Below, piece by piece: positions 11,652 to 24,690 of a stretch of 64,000 nucleotides of DNA (position 1 is the stretch's first letter; each line of letters opens with the position of its first letter). The translations under genes were made by a program, and so were the position numbers. The stretch spans positions 525,598 through 589,597 of the forward strand of contig NC_057758.1 of NCBI RefSeq assembly GCF_004010195.1. The letters are read 5' to 3'. The notes below the pieces were generated by a model that was not told the origin of the DNA, made no database searches, and saw nothing but the letters and a program-made list of their open reading frames with translations. The DNA is from Chiloscyllium plagiosum (Eukaryota).

Positions 11652-12550
11652 TCATCCTTTAATACATTGAAGAAGTGAAGTGAATGGATATTTCAGAGCC
11701 TTTTGAAACTGCTGTCTGAAATTTCTCTGAATCACGCAATACAAAATAGAATTAGTGCAGCAACTCAGGATTTGTAGCATAAAGCCGAGTTCACGTGCAA
11801 AACCATCTATCTTAGTTCCATAGAACCATTTTTGTAATCGGTACCATATGCAATAAACGGTTAACGTTGTCCATAGGAAGATGAAATTGGCTGAGATGGT
11901 AAAGATCAGAATGATGGATTTTCTGCGTCTCTGCCTCTCTGCGTCTCTTGAACTCTCCATGCAACTGTTGGCAAATAGTGCCCTGCGGCCTCTGTTTCTC
12001 GCTAAAATATGTCTGACAGTGAAAGCATTGAACAGCAGAATCAGAAGAAATGGACAGCCAGGAGTTAGCATGTATTGGAGAAACTCTAGAGCTCCCCAAA
12101 ATCGAGAGTAGACAACATTTAAACTTACAACACAGAACCAAGGAGCGTTCCACAAACGATACGTGCTCGTTAACATAAAAAACCAGAATACATTTTCAAC
12201 ACAGCTTAGCGCAGTCACTGTTCCAAGGACGACAACTGCCATTTTATTTGTGAAATATTTACGTTGTGGCTTCGGACAAGAAATGGCCAAAAACCGATCC
12301 AATGTGAATGCGACGGTGAACCAGACAGAGCAATCAGAAATTGTGTTCAACAGAACTGCGTGAAGGTTGCAGATGGGGATGAAAATCATGAAATAAAACT
12401 GTTCGCGGAAAACAATTGGAATGTGCCTCAATATCAGATCAAAAATAACGACCAGTAGATCCGTCACTGCCATGGAAAGCAGATAATAAGTGATGCTTCT
12501 GGAGAGACCACACTTCTTTTGACAGAGTATTACAATTGTCAGTACGTTCA
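11652..12550 (-). CDS. Class A GPCR, GPR139/GPR142-like, exon 2 (end of TM1 through TM7 and C-terminus)
   Basis: Open 899 bp with KCGLS, LLSMAVTDLL, FTLDRFLAI, PWFC, TPGCPF and SCCTNSILY. Polypyrimidine acceptor TTTCTTTCTCTTCCTCAAAG ends at 12551. Confidence 0.93.
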
Positions 12551-13029
12551 CTTTGAGGAAGAGAAAGAAATAATATGCAAATTATACGACTTCGCTGCGG
12601 GTAATGTTGAGAACATTGCAATAGTTTCTCTTTATTTCCTCACATTTGGATTTGAACTTTGTGTTGAAGATGAGAATGAACCTTGGACATTGAACGGGGG
12701 CTTGTTTGATTTTTTGACAAGAGAAGAACAAGTAAATTGGTAGTTGCATAAGGGAACTGGTCTGGAAAGGCAATTACAGGTTGAATCATTGTTCTAAGAA
12801 TACTGCAGATATTTCAGCACTAGCATCTGTTAGGTTTAAGGTCTGGCTGTCAGTTGAATGTTTCGTTAGTCAACCAAAGGGAGACTGGACATTAACAACC
12901 AACCACAGCGAATATTGAAAATGAGAGGGCACTTCGGAATAAACTGGGTATTGCTGAGTTTTTCAAGTCAACGTCCTCATGCATGGAAGCTGCTGGGCTA
13001 GAAAATTGTGTTTGTGCTTCCTACTGTAA

Positions 13030-13770
13030 TGGAGTCATACAATACGGAATCAGACCCTTCAGCCCAAGCGGACCAGATTTCCTGAACACGAATAATCTGT
13101 TTTCCCTCCATTAAATCCGTATCCTGATAAACCCTTTCAATTTATATAACTGTCTAAATGTTTTTAAAATATTTGAATTTTATTTACCCCTGCCACTCCA
13201 CCTGGCAGCTCATTCCATTGACGCAACACCCTCTGTGTAAATAAAAGTTGCTGTTTATGTCTTCTTTAAACCTTTTCCACTTAACTTGAGCCCGCTTCCT
13301 CTAGTTTCGGACTCCTCTTGCTGGGGAAATGACCTTGGATTTTGACGATGTCTATGAGCCTTGTGATGTTGCAAACCTCTGCAAGGATACTCTCAACCTC
13401 CTGCACTCCAAGGGAAAAAATGGCTCCTATTTAGGCTGTCTGTAAAACTGAAGCCCGCCACTATTCATAACACAACTGTAGATCTTTCCTTCACAATTTC
13501 CAGACTAAAAACATCCTTCCTATAACATGAAGGTCAAAATTATGCACAGTACTCAAAACATGTCGACACCAACGTCTTCTTTAGCTGCAACATAATTCCC
13601 AAACCGCTGATCCCAATTCTCTGATCAAGAAAGGCAAGCGTGCCAAATGCCTTCTTCACCACTTTATCCAGCTATGACGACAATCTCAAGGAACTATTTA
13701 CCTGCACAACTTGATCTCTTCCTTCGATAACATTCCCTAGTTCCTTAACGTTACCTATATATGTTCTGCT
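13030..13770 (-). mobile_element. CR1 LINE 3' end
   Basis: VKKAFGTLAF, EYCA*F and FTQRVLRQWNELPG motifs, plus a HER1-like tail, on the minus strand. Confidence 0.75.
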
Positions 13771-13824
13771 ACAGATAGTTTGACTGAAATCAGATTGGAG
13801 ATCATGCCACCATTTTTTCAATAA

Positions 13825-13950
13825 CCGTGACACAGAGACAGTTAAGAGTGTCAAGTTCCTTGGATTGATGATCGTCAATAGGCTGTCCGTTTCTGCCCAC
13901 GTGTACGCGATTATCGAGAAAGAGCAACAAGACCTTGACCTGAGGCTATG
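13825..13950 (+). mobile_element. Rex1/Babar-like LINE RT C-terminal fragment
   Basis: VKSVKFLGLMIVNRLS...HVYAIIEKEQQ resembles the KFLG...KKAQQRL motif. Confidence 0.55.
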
Positions 13951-13959
13951 TAACTTGTA

Positions 13960-15780
13960 ATGACCTCCCACTTGTCGGAGGTCCCTTTTCCTGAAAGCAA
14001 ACTACTCCCACCAACAGCTCAAATGTCCTGTCTAATTCCATCAAAATTCGACTTTGCCCAATTGAGAACTTGAACCTGCGAAGCAGTTTCGTCTCGATTC
14101 ATAACGGTTATAAAATTAATAGAACTGTGGCCACTGGTTCGAAAATGCTCCCGCACTGTCACCTTCATCACTTGTCCTGCCCACTTTCACAAGAGACCAT
14201 CGGATTTTGCTTCTTCCTGAGCAGAAACATTTCCATACTGTTTGAGTAGACTTTCGTGATTGCACTTATAAAAATCCAAAACATCTAAATTTTAAACACT
14301 CTGGCAATTCGTGTCAATATTAGGAAATTTGCTACTTCTTACTATGACAACTCAATTGCTCCTCCAGCTCTCCTCCATATCCTTGCATATCTGTTTCTCT
14401 AATTTCCGTACACTATTACGTGGCCTCCAGAAAATCCAAATAAAGTCACATTCCATTCTTACTTCTCAGCTCAACCCACAATTCCTCGCTGGATGATCCT
14501 TCAGCTAGTTAATCTTTGACTACTGATTTGATACTCGCTTTTTCAAATGCAACACGCTACTCCCTGTCCAACACCTGCGACTACCAAAAGCACCTGTTCC
14601 CTCTAAAAGTAAGGTGCCAGTCCTGTGTCTTCCTGAGCCATGTTTCTGTGAGTGCTTTAATATCCCAGCCCCACGTACCTATCCACGCCCCGAGTTCATC
14701 AGCCTTACCTCGCAGCCGGCTAACTTTGAAATGGATGCAAATTAATCCAATAGACATTCCTCTGTTATGTTGTGTTCCAGTCTGACCTTTCTCTTCAAAT
14801 TACTATTTCTGATTATTGTATTCCTTTGAAGCCTTGCACTTGCCTCCCTGCTGTTGATGATTCCACCTCCCTGCCAATTAAGTTTAAATTCTCCATTGTC
14901 TCCCTTGCATACTTGGCCGTCAAGATTTTGACCCCCTTTAGTTCGGTGACAACACGTCCTGCTTGAACAGGTCGCCTCTAATCCAGAAAAGTTTCTAATA
15001 ATTGGAATCCCTGACTCGTGCACAAATTCCCCTGCCAAGCAGTCATCTGCCTTATGCCAGTATTCTTACCCTCATTAACATGTGACACTGGAAGTAATTC
15101 GGAGATTTGCACCATCTCCGTTGTCACTGCGCAATATCTCACCCTTATTTCTACCTATGTCAATTTTGCCAACGTGCAGAATGACTTCTGGCAGCTCACC
15201 TTTTCCCCCGAGAACGTTCTGCAGCTGTACCGAAATATAATGGACACGCGGGAGGCAACACACCATCCTGGATTCACTTTTGCAGTCGCAGAATCTCCAA
15301 TCTGTCACCTAATTATCAAGTCACCCGTCGCTAAAGTGCTGTTTACCTTTAACATTTCCCCATTTCGCTGTGCCCCAGAGCGAACCATAGTGCAACCAAC
15401 CTGGCTCCTGCTGCTTTCAACATAACACTCGTCCCCACAACAGTATCCAAAACTGTACATTTGTTTTAGAGCCGCATGGCGACAGGGCGCTCCTTTTTCT
15501 CATTGCGTACTTAATTTACCTTTCCAGGTGGGTCACCCAAGTAAACTCTGCATGCAACATAGGTGTGACCATCTCGCTAAAACTCTGATTATGATGCTCT
15601 CAGCATTTTGGATGATCCCGAGTGCATCTAATTCCAGCTCGAGCTCCCTACCACGGTATCCCAGGAGCTGCAGCTGTGTGCACATTCCACAGGTGTCATC
15701 AATCAGAGACGATGTAAGTGTCCCTGAACTCTCACATCCTGCAGAAGGAACATCCACCTGTGTTAAAAGTCATCTCTGAT
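13960..15780 (-). mobile_element. CR1 LINE 5' part: ORF1 (zinc finger/leucine zipper plus SGNH esterase) and ORF2 APE, degenerate
   Basis: TCGMCTQLQLL...ELELELDAL (15533-15757) and SRMVCCLP...PEVILHVGKIDIG (15075-15308), then APE remnants. Confidence 0.82.
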
Positions 15781-16438
15781 GCTCTAAGACTAATGAGGAA
15801 TGTTAGGCAAATACTACCTGCTTGTAGCTGTACTTTTTTTCTGAGCTGCTGTCCTCTGAAGCGTCTCGAGCCATACACCTTCTAGTTACAACAGCAGTTC
15901 TTTCTACTACCAGGATCACGTTTTTTTTTCTGTTAAAAGAGGAGCGGAAAACGGAAATACTACAGTGATGTCGTGTTTGGGCCGTAGGCACACATTGCTA
16001 CCATGTGCAAGACGATTCACTCTTCAATGCAGGCGACTGCTTCCAGTCTGTAGTGTTTGCCAACGTGATAAATCCTACTTCTCGGTCGCCCTCGGCTGGA
16101 TGGTCTTCCTGCTGCTGTTCACGGCCGCAGTTGTCAGCCAACCCACTTTTCAGTGATAGTTACTGCTTTCAGGCTGTTATGTATGTGCCAAAGTGATAGT
16201 TTTCCCTCTCACTCGCTCTCTGCTATAAGCACCTGTGAATTTGAGGGGCAGGTTTAGAAGAATTATGAAACCTTGGGTTGCAAAAGATATTAAGGCTTTG
16301 AATGTAAAATTTAAAGATACATGGCTCGGATACAGTCTGCCGAGAATTCCGTGAAGCATATAATGGTGACAGGAATTTATGAAAGACGAAATCAGGAGGA
16401 TAAAATGGAGTTACGAGATATTCTTAGCTGAAAATACT

Positions 16439-16790
16439 GGCAGCACAGTGATTCAGTGGTTAGTACTGCTGACTCACAGCATCAAGGGGTCGAGTTCGAG
16501 TCAACCCTCATGTGACTGTCTGTGCGGGTATCCACATTCTCCTTGTATTTGCCTGGGTTTCTTCCGTGTGTTCTGGTTTCCTCCTACAATCCAAAGATGT
16601 GCAGAATTGGTGAATTGACCACGCTAAAGAGCCCATACTGTTCAAGGATGCGGGGATTCCGTGAATTATTCAGGGGTAAATATCAAGTAATGCGTTTAGG
16701 GATCGCGTCTGGGTGTGTTCATCTTTCGAGGACCATTGTGGACTGGTTGGGCCAAATGGACTGTTTCCACACTGTAGAGATACTATCATA
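16439..16790 (+). mobile_element. HE1-type SINE
   Basis: GGCAGCACAGTGATTCAGTGGTTAG head, GTTCGAGTC B box, CTGTTTCCACACTGTAG tail. Confidence 0.85.
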
Positions 16791-17747
16791 ATGAGGGTGA
16801 ATGCAAAGAGTGTTTTTGAACTGTATTTAAGGAAAAGGAATAAGTAGAGAAAGGACAGGATCCCTCAAGGTCAAAGGTGGGCATGTATGTGTGGAAAAGC
16901 AGGAAATGGAAGAGGTTCTCAATGAATGATTTTCCACTGCATTGACCGGAAAGAAAAGCATGAAGACTTAGGAACAGGGTGACGTCAGGTGTGATATCTT
17001 GGAGACAATCAATATCATAGTGGAGCAGGCTTTGGGCTTATTAGAATGCATGAAGTTGGATAAATCTCATGGTCCTGAGCAGATATAATGCAAAAACCCC
17101 TGAAAGATGCTACAGGGGTAATTGGCTCACATTTTCACATTGCCATTAGCCACGGGTAAGATCTAAAGACTTGTGTGTAGCGAATATTGTGCCCTTATTC
17201 AAGAATGTTTCAAAGGATAACTTGGTAACTGTATACTAGTAAGCTTATCACCTGTGGCAGGTAAGGTATTTGATAATATTCTGAGATCAGCCGTATATTT
17301 AAAAAGATGGGGTTTGATGAGGACCAGACAGCATGGTTTTGTGCGTGGGAGGTCATGCCTCACATGTTTTGTAAGTGTTCTTTGATAAAGTAACCAGGTA
17401 GACTTATGAGGGCAGAACAGAATATGCAGTCCACGTGGATTTCAGTAACGTCTTTGGTAAGCTTCCACGGGAAAGGTTGCTACAAATGGTTCAACAACAT
17501 GGAATACAGGGTGAGCTGGCAAATTCAATACTCAGTTGACTTGTTGGTAGGACACAGTGGATAATAGTGGAAGGATGCTTGGCGGTTTGAAGCCCTTTGA
17601 ATAATGGCGTGCCTCAGACGTCGCTGCTGGGCACATTGCTGCCTGTTATCTACATCATGATTTAGATGAGAAGGTAATAGGAATGATGGTTCAGTTTGCA
17701 GATCAAGGACAGTGAGGAAGGCTATCAGAAATTGTTGCAGGATATTG

Positions 17748-19103
17748 AGAAAGTAATGACTGCAGATGCTGCCGATCAGAGCCGGAGAATTTGACATTGG
17801 AAAAGCACAGCCTGCCAGGCAGCATCCGAGAAGCAGGAGAATCGATGTATCAGCCATGAGCCCTTCAATGTGATTGAAGCGTGTGGCCCAAGGCGGCTGA
17901 TAGATAAATCAGAGGGAATTCAGGCTAGGGGGGAAGGTAGCTGGACATGCGATAGGTAGATGAAAATGATAGTTGGAAAAGGTGTATCGAGCGGACAGGT
18001 GGGGAGGAAGATCGACAGGTAGGACAGTTCAAGAAGGTGGTGATGAGTTGGAAGGTTGAATCTGGGATGATGTGGGAGAAGGGGAATGAAGAAACTGGTG
18101 AAATCCACATTGATCCGTGTGGTTGGAGGGACCCAAGGCGGGAGATTATGTGTTCTTCCTCCAGGAGTCGGGTGGTTAGGGATTGGTGATGGAAGAGCCC
18201 CAGGACTTGCATGCTCTTGTTAAAGTGGGAAGGGTTCTTCCAGACATGCCACCTTTTACCTCCGTTGAAGGCCGCAAAACATCCTTCCATATCCGAAAGT
18301 CATTTATATATACTTCCACACACGTCACGTGACATGAGACCATTTCCTCCACGACTCCATTGTCAGGTCCCTGCCACCTACCAACATACCCTCCACTCCT
18401 GGCATCTTCCCATGCTAATGCAAGCAATGCAAAACCTGCACCCTTACCTCCGTCCAAAGCCCCAAAGGATCCTTCCACATCTGTCAGAGATTTACCTGTA
18501 TTCCAAGCACGTCATCTACTCTGTCCTTATGGTCTCCTCTACACTGGGGAGATACGACACGAACCTGTGGAATGTTTCACAGAACATCTCTGAGACACAT
18601 ACATTAAAAAATAAACCCACCGCTTTGTGGCCGAACATTTTAACTCCGCCACTCACTCTGCCAAGGGCATGCAAGTCGTTGGCCTCGTCCACCGCCAATC
18701 CCGAACCACTCGACGTCTGGAGGGAGCCTACATCATCTTCCACCTTGGGACCCGCCAACGACACGGAATCAATAGGGATTTCAAAATTTTCCGCATTTCC
18801 TCTCCCCTTACTTAATCCCAGATTCAGCCTTCCAACTCATCACAGCTCTCCTGAACTGTTAACCTTCATTTCCACCTGTCCAATTCAGTGTCCTCACCGA
18901 CTTATCACCTTCACATTCACCTTCATCTATTTAACGCATTTCAAGCTATCTTACACCCAGCCACACCCGCTCATATTAATCTCTTAGCCCCATTGGGCCA
19001 CAAGTCTCATTCCTGATGAAGGCTTTTTGCCCGAAACGTCGATTCTGTTGTTCCTTGAATACTGCCTGACCTGCTGTGATTATCCAGCATCACAGTCTCC
19101 GAC
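17748..19103. mobile_element. Penelope-like element: + strand GIY-YIG/pLTR (18222-19103) preceded by an inverted partial copy (17748-18220)
   Basis: YGLLYTGEIRHEPVECFTEHL (GIY-YIG-like) on +; RLLEEEHIISRLGSLQPHG on - mirrors RRLEGAYIIFHLGTRQRHG on +; GCAGGAT occurs at both outer junctions. Confidence 0.85.
19009..19044 (+). ncRNA. Minimal hammerhead ribozyme motif in Penelope pLTR
   Basis: CTGATGA at 19013-19019, GGC-TTTTT-GCC stem II, GAAACGTC at 19033-19040; stem I is weak (ATTC/GATT). Confidence 0.65.
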
Positions 19104-19639
19104 GCAGGATTGTCTGGGGAAGTGTGCCGAGAAATGGCAAACTTGTAGATAAGTGCGAGTTTTTGCATGAATGTATGCCAAGAAAAGATAGGAGTTTCAT
19201 AGTGAATGGCAGTATCTTAAGGAATATCGTGGAACAGAGTGATCTTGGCGGTCAGCTGGAAGTTTCTCTGAAAGTGAAGATGCATGAAGATAGGACAGTC
19301 AAGAAGGCTTTTGGCACATTGGCCTTTAACAGTCACGGCAATGAGTACAGACGTTAGGAAGTTATGCTGACGTTGTATAGGATATCGGTGAGGCCGCACT
19401 TGGTGTATTCTGTTCAGCTTGATACAGCATATAGAACATGGCAAGTACAGCACAGAACAGGCCCGTTGGCCCACGATGTTGTGCCGAGGTTTAATCCTAA
19501 TGTAAAATATAGTAACGTAACCTACCCACCCCTCAACTCACTGCTATCAATGTGCATCACCTTATTATAGGAAGGATATTACTAAATTGGAAAACGCACA
19601 GAAGAAATTTATAAGGATTTTGGCAGTACTCAAGGTATT

Positions 19640-20270
19640 ATCTCAAGAGGGTTGGAATATAAAAGCACTGTTCTGCTACTGAGACTTTATAAAGCTCTGG
19701 TTAGGCCCCATTTGGAGTACTGTGTCCAGTTTTGGTCCCCACACCTCAGGAAGGACATACTGGCACTGGAACGTGTCCAGCGGAGATTCACACGGATGAT
19801 CCCTGAAATGACAGGTCTAACATATGAGGAACGGCGGAGGATACTGGGATTGTATTCGTTGGAGTTTAGAAGATTAAAGGGAGACTTAATAGAGACGTAC
19901 AAAATAATACATGGCTTGGAAAAGGTGGATGCTAGGAAATTGTTTCAGTTAAGCGAGGAGACTAGGACCCGTGGACACAGCCTTAGAATTAGATGGGGTA
20001 AATTCAGAACAGAAATGCTGAGACATTTCTTCAGCCAGAGAGTGGTGGGCCTGTGGAATTCATTGCCACAGAGTGCAGTGGAGGCTGGGACGCTAAATGT
20101 CTTCAAGGCAGAAATTGATAAATTCTTGATGTCACAAGAAATTAAGGGCTACGGAGAGAACGCTGGTAAGTGGAGTTGAAATGCCCATCAGGCATGATTG
20201 AATGGCGGAGTGGACTTGATGGTCCGAATAGCCTTACTTCCGCTCCTATGTCTTACGGTCTTATGGTCTA
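19640..20270 (+). mobile_element. Young 5'-truncated CR1 3' end with uninterrupted ORF2 C-terminus
   Basis: 175-aa ORF 19652-20179 (LYKALVRPHLEYCVQFWSP...RTRGH...FFSQRVV) and 8-bp repeat tail CTTAYGGT. Confidence 0.92.
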
Positions 20271-20884
20271 CTGAGTCACACAGAGAATTTTGAGAAGCTG
20301 TGACTTCTTTCTGAGGGACATTAGGGGTGGGGGGAGAATCTTGTTGATGTGTACAATATCATGAGAGACATGGATAGGGTGGAAGTATTTTCACAGTGTT
20401 GAGGGAACATGGAGGAGAAAGCAAAAGTGCCAGGTTAGATGGAAAATAATGAAGGGGAGCCTGAGGAGCAACTGTTTCACACATTGCATAAGAAATGTAC
20501 TGCCAGCGGAAGTGTTCAAGGCGAGCACAATAAAAAGATTTAAAAGACAATTGAACAATTGGTGGCTAAGAAACATTTAGAAGGATACAGAACAAGTGCC
20601 GGGAAATAGGTTTAGCGTCGATGGCCGGCATGGACTAGTTTGCGCCGAAAGGCCTTTCTCCGTGCTGCAGAAGTCTAAAATTCTAACAGTTCTACCCCAG
20701 CAGGCAGCTAAGGAAATTCTGCATGTCCACAAAGACACCTTTCTACGTTTATACATAGAACATAGAACATAGAAGAATACAGCGCAGTTTCCTATCTAGA
20801 TGTGCATAAATCCTATCCCTTACAATTCTCTCTAAGACTTTGCCCACAACAGAAGTGAGACTCACCGGCCTATAGTTTATAGTA

Positions 20885-21345
20885 TCAGCACTGAATCCAT
20901 CATATCAGGACGCAGCACGGCATGATATGGCAACTGCTCCACTCAAGATCGTAAGAGTTGTGAATACAAACCACTCCATCGCACAAAAGAGTCTTCACTC
21001 CATCCAGCTAAAATTCCCGCTGCCTCAAGAAAGCAATCAATATAATCAGATAACCTTTCCAGCCCGCTTATACCCTCTTCCACATAGTACGTCGTGCAGA
21101 ACGTATACAAATCTGAATACTCGTTCAATCAGAATCACGAGCAGCTTTGTTCCTGCTGTTTTTAGACCAGGCCACTAAAATGTTAATTTGATCTCTCTCT
21201 GTGTACCTTCGCTGGGGTTGTAACACTGTAATTTGCTTTCTAATCTGCGACCAGACACATTTTGTATGGTATAACCTGCATGTGGAGCACGCAAAACGAC
21301 ACTTTTCATTGTCCTTCCAAACATTTAATAACAATAAGTCAAATC
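20885..21345 (+). mobile_element. Rex1/Babar-like LINE 3' fragment
   Basis: ESIISGRSTA*YGNCSTQDRK and RITSSFVPAVFR motifs; 3' tail ACTTTTCATTGT...ACAATAA. Confidence 0.6.
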
Positions 21346-21509
21346 ATATCACAATGCAACATTCTGCAATTATCGTAATTAAACGCTATCTGCCATTCTT
21401 CAGCCCAATGGCCCCAGCTGATCGAGAAGTCATTGTAGTCTTGAATAACCTACTTCACCATAAACTAGAAAACCGATTTTGTTGTGACCTTCAAAGTTAG
21501 TAAACATAT

Positions 21510-22560
21510 TCATTCAAATCGTTTATATTAATAACAGTAGGTACAGCACCGAATATTGTGGTGAGCAGCTGGTCACAGGCCACAAGTCGGAATAACAAAC
21601 CTCAACCAGTACCGTCTGCCTCCTTCCATGAAGCCTTTTGTTTAATTCAAGTGGCTGGTTGTTCCTGGATCCCAGATGAATTAAACTTAGAAACCAATCT
21701 ACGGTATGCAACTTTCCTCAGGACCTCACTAAAGTCCGTTTTGACAATTTGTATTGCTTTGCATTCATCAATATTTTTGGTCCACTCTTCAAAAAGCTCG
21801 ATCAGGATAGTGAATCACGACTTCCGAAGCATATGGCCAACAGAACTATCCCTTGGTTTTTCAGTTCATGGTAAAATAATTTATTCAAGACTACAATAAA
21901 TTCTTGATCAGCTGGGCCATTGGGCTGCGGAATGGAAGAGTTTAATTACGATAAACGCAGACTGTTGCATTTTGGTATGATTTGACTCATTTTTTGTTAA
22001 ATGTCTCGAGATACAGTGAAAAGTGTCGTTTTGCGTGCTCACTGCCTTTCCAAGTGTATGTAGATCCTGACACTCAAATTTCTCTCCAACAACTTAACAT
22101 CCACTGGTGTCAGGTTCATTGGTCTGTTGTCCTATAGATTATTTTGCATCCTTTCTTAAATAATGGAATAAAATTAGTCGCTATCTGGTCTTCTAACACC
22201 TCTACTGTGACGGTTTATTGAACTGTCTGTGCTGGGACCCCGCAATGTCTTCACTTCCTCACCACAATGTCTGGGAATACAACTGATCAAATCGTCGGGA
22301 TTTATCTACCCTTAATGTATTTATGAATTTTACGATCTTTAGCTCCACAGCTCCCAGTTGGGCCAAAGGGCCTGTCTCTGTGCTGTAGAACTCTACGAAT
22401 TCATGTTCTGTACTGTGGACATTTTTCAAAACATCACTATATATTTCCAAAGATTCCTTACCTTCCGTGTCTTTCTCCACAGTAAATACTGATGCAAAAG
22501 TGTTCGTTTAGAATCCGAATCAAAACTGTATCATGTTCCTTTTTTGCCCGCCTGGTTTGC
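21510..22560. mobile_element. Scrambled CR1 RT fragments in both orientations
   Basis: WPVTSCSPQYSVL on -, LDQLGHWAAEW on +, RVDKSRRFDQLY on -, and a short + strand CR1 tail at ~22355-22410. Confidence 0.65.
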
Positions 22561-22959
22561 GTCTTACGTTACACCCCTGTAAGCCTCAAGGACTTCACTT
22601 TATCAGAGCTGTCATTACTTGACATATGCCTCCTTACTTTTATTGACCAGAGCTTCGCGATATGCAGTGACAGAATTATTGAATGTTCTGAAAAATAATC
22701 GTGCTTTAGAAGAAATCAGAGAATGTTCCTCTGAGCCTGTTCAAGACACTTGCAGCAACTCGCAGTTTGGAATTCAAGCAGAGTAAAATTTTAGTCCAGC
22801 AAGTATAACGTGTCATTCTAGCATTCTAGAATCACCTGTTTCTCACCATTAGTACAGTTCACGAACTGGTACGTTACAACTGTTTTCATGTTTCGTTTAG
22901 TTAATCAGTTCAATGTGAATGTCTGTTTGTGTGAGTGGATGAGTGAGGTTATAATTAAA

Positions 22960-24690
22960 GATGCAAGAAACAGAAATTAATGGAAAACGTCAGCAGATCT
23001 GGCAGCATCTTTGAAGAGAAATCAGAGTTACCGTTCCGGATTCAGGACCATAGGTACCTAGGAAAATATCGGTTTAGCTGATATTCCAGCCAGACAATAG
23101 AGTATGGGGAGAATGGAAGAAGTAAATGACAGTTGCTGATAAAGCCTAAAGAAGGAGAAGAACAATTCACCAGACAAAGGGATGGATAACGATCTAGTTA
23201 GGACAGTAAATCCCTCTAAATGAAGACTGTTAGGACCCATTAGTAGGCAGTGTGTAATGGCATACTGCCGTTGCGGGGGGGATGGGGGGTGGGGTGGGTG
23301 GATAGCTGGTTCGACATGGGTCAGGCCAAATGTTAAAACTATTGAACTCGATATTGAGTACGGAGGGCTGTCGGGTCGTAAAGGCGAAAAAGAGATTTGT
23401 TCTTGCAGCTTGCACTGAGCTTCTCAAAAACGCTGCAACGAGTCTGAGACAGATATGTTGACTGGGCAACGGGATGTTGATTTAAAGTGGCAGGCAGCTG
23501 GGAGCTCAAGGTCTTTTCTATGGATAGAGTGTAGGTGTTCTGCAAAGCAAGCCTCTAGTCAATGCGTTGTTTACCTAATGCAGAGGAGACCAGATTGTGA
23601 GCAGCGTATGCAGCAGATTGGATTGTGTGATGTGCAGGTGAAGTATACCGTCACTGGGAAGGTATGTTTGGACCCATGGATACAGAGGAGGGAAGAGGTA
23701 CATGGGCAGATAGTTCTCCTTCAGCAATTCCAGGAAAAGATGCCGTGGGACAGTCGGGGTCTATTGGGAATGAAGGAACAGTGGACCAGGCTCTCACTGA
23801 AGGAATGATTCCTACTGAAGTTAGACAAAGGAGAGGAATATGTGCCTAGTGTTTGCGTCTCGCTGGAAGTGGCATATGGTCTTCTGGATGTGGATGCTCG
23901 TTTGACGGTAGGAAAGGACAAGGGGAACCCGGTTGCTGTTGCAGAAGGAAGGAAATGGCTAAGACTGGAAGTGCGGGAGTTGTGTCGGACACAGTTGAGA
24001 GCTCTGTCAAAAAAGGTGCTGGGGAATCCTCATTTGAGGAAGAAAGTAGACATTTCGCAGACTTCCTTGTTGAAGATTGCCTCATCAGAACATGTGTGAT
24101 GGAGACGGAGATATTGGGAGAATGGAATGGAGTCTTACAGGAGTAAGTATGCGAGGATGTATAGACCAAGTAGCTGTGAGAGTAAATGGGTTCACAATGG
24201 ATAGTTAGTGGCCAGTTTATCCCCATAGATGGAAAAAAGAGATGTCGAGAAGGGGAATAGATGAGTCAGAGACATATCAGTTGAAAATTAGGGTGTTGGA
24301 GGGTGGAGATTCGAAGCAAAATCTATTAACGCATCCAAGTCCAGACACGAGAACGGGAAGCAGCACTGAAGATATCATTGCTGTATCAGAGAGTTTTGAG
24401 TGGGGATCAGAGTAGGACTGGAAAAGGAATGTTCCGAGTAACCCATGAAGAGACAAGCATACCTGGTACCCATGCGCGTATACATAATCCACCTCTCTGA
24501 TTTGAAGGAAATGAAAGGAGTTAGAAAATAAGTTATTAAGGGTGAAGACAAAGCTGAGGAGGCAACAGCAATCGCTGAAAATTCTCAGCAGTTCTGACAG
24601 CATCCGTGAAGAGAAGTCATTTTAACATTTCAAGACAGGTGATCATTCCTCAGTACAGATGGGATCTTGGAAAATGCCGGTTGATATTCA
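22960..24690 (-). mobile_element. Penelope-like element (RT thumb, GIY-YIG, pLTR pieces), degenerate
   Basis: HSYLVYTSSH..SCK RT-thumb motif; pLTR ends at ~22965-23045 and ~24565-24660, the latter with a decayed CTGAGGA...GAAATGTT hammerhead core. Confidence 0.82.

Larger units (their letters stand above)
16370..20690 (+). mobile_element. Old CR1 ORF2-3' end hosting nested SINE, Penelope and younger CR1 insertions
   Basis: RT motifs resume collinearly after each insert (16790-17747, 19105-19630, 20270-20690). Confidence 0.8.

Noticed and set aside
12549..12551. GTG start of the 299-aa ORF, implying an intronless GPCR
   Set aside because: The G is the last base of the AG splice acceptor, and TM1 is incomplete without exon 1.
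18211..18987. 258-aa ORF as a host gene
   Set aside because: Off-frame reading of a decayed Penelope element.
19652..20179. Intact 175-aa ORF as a gene
   Set aside because: C-terminus of CR1 ORF2 in a 5'-truncated insertion.
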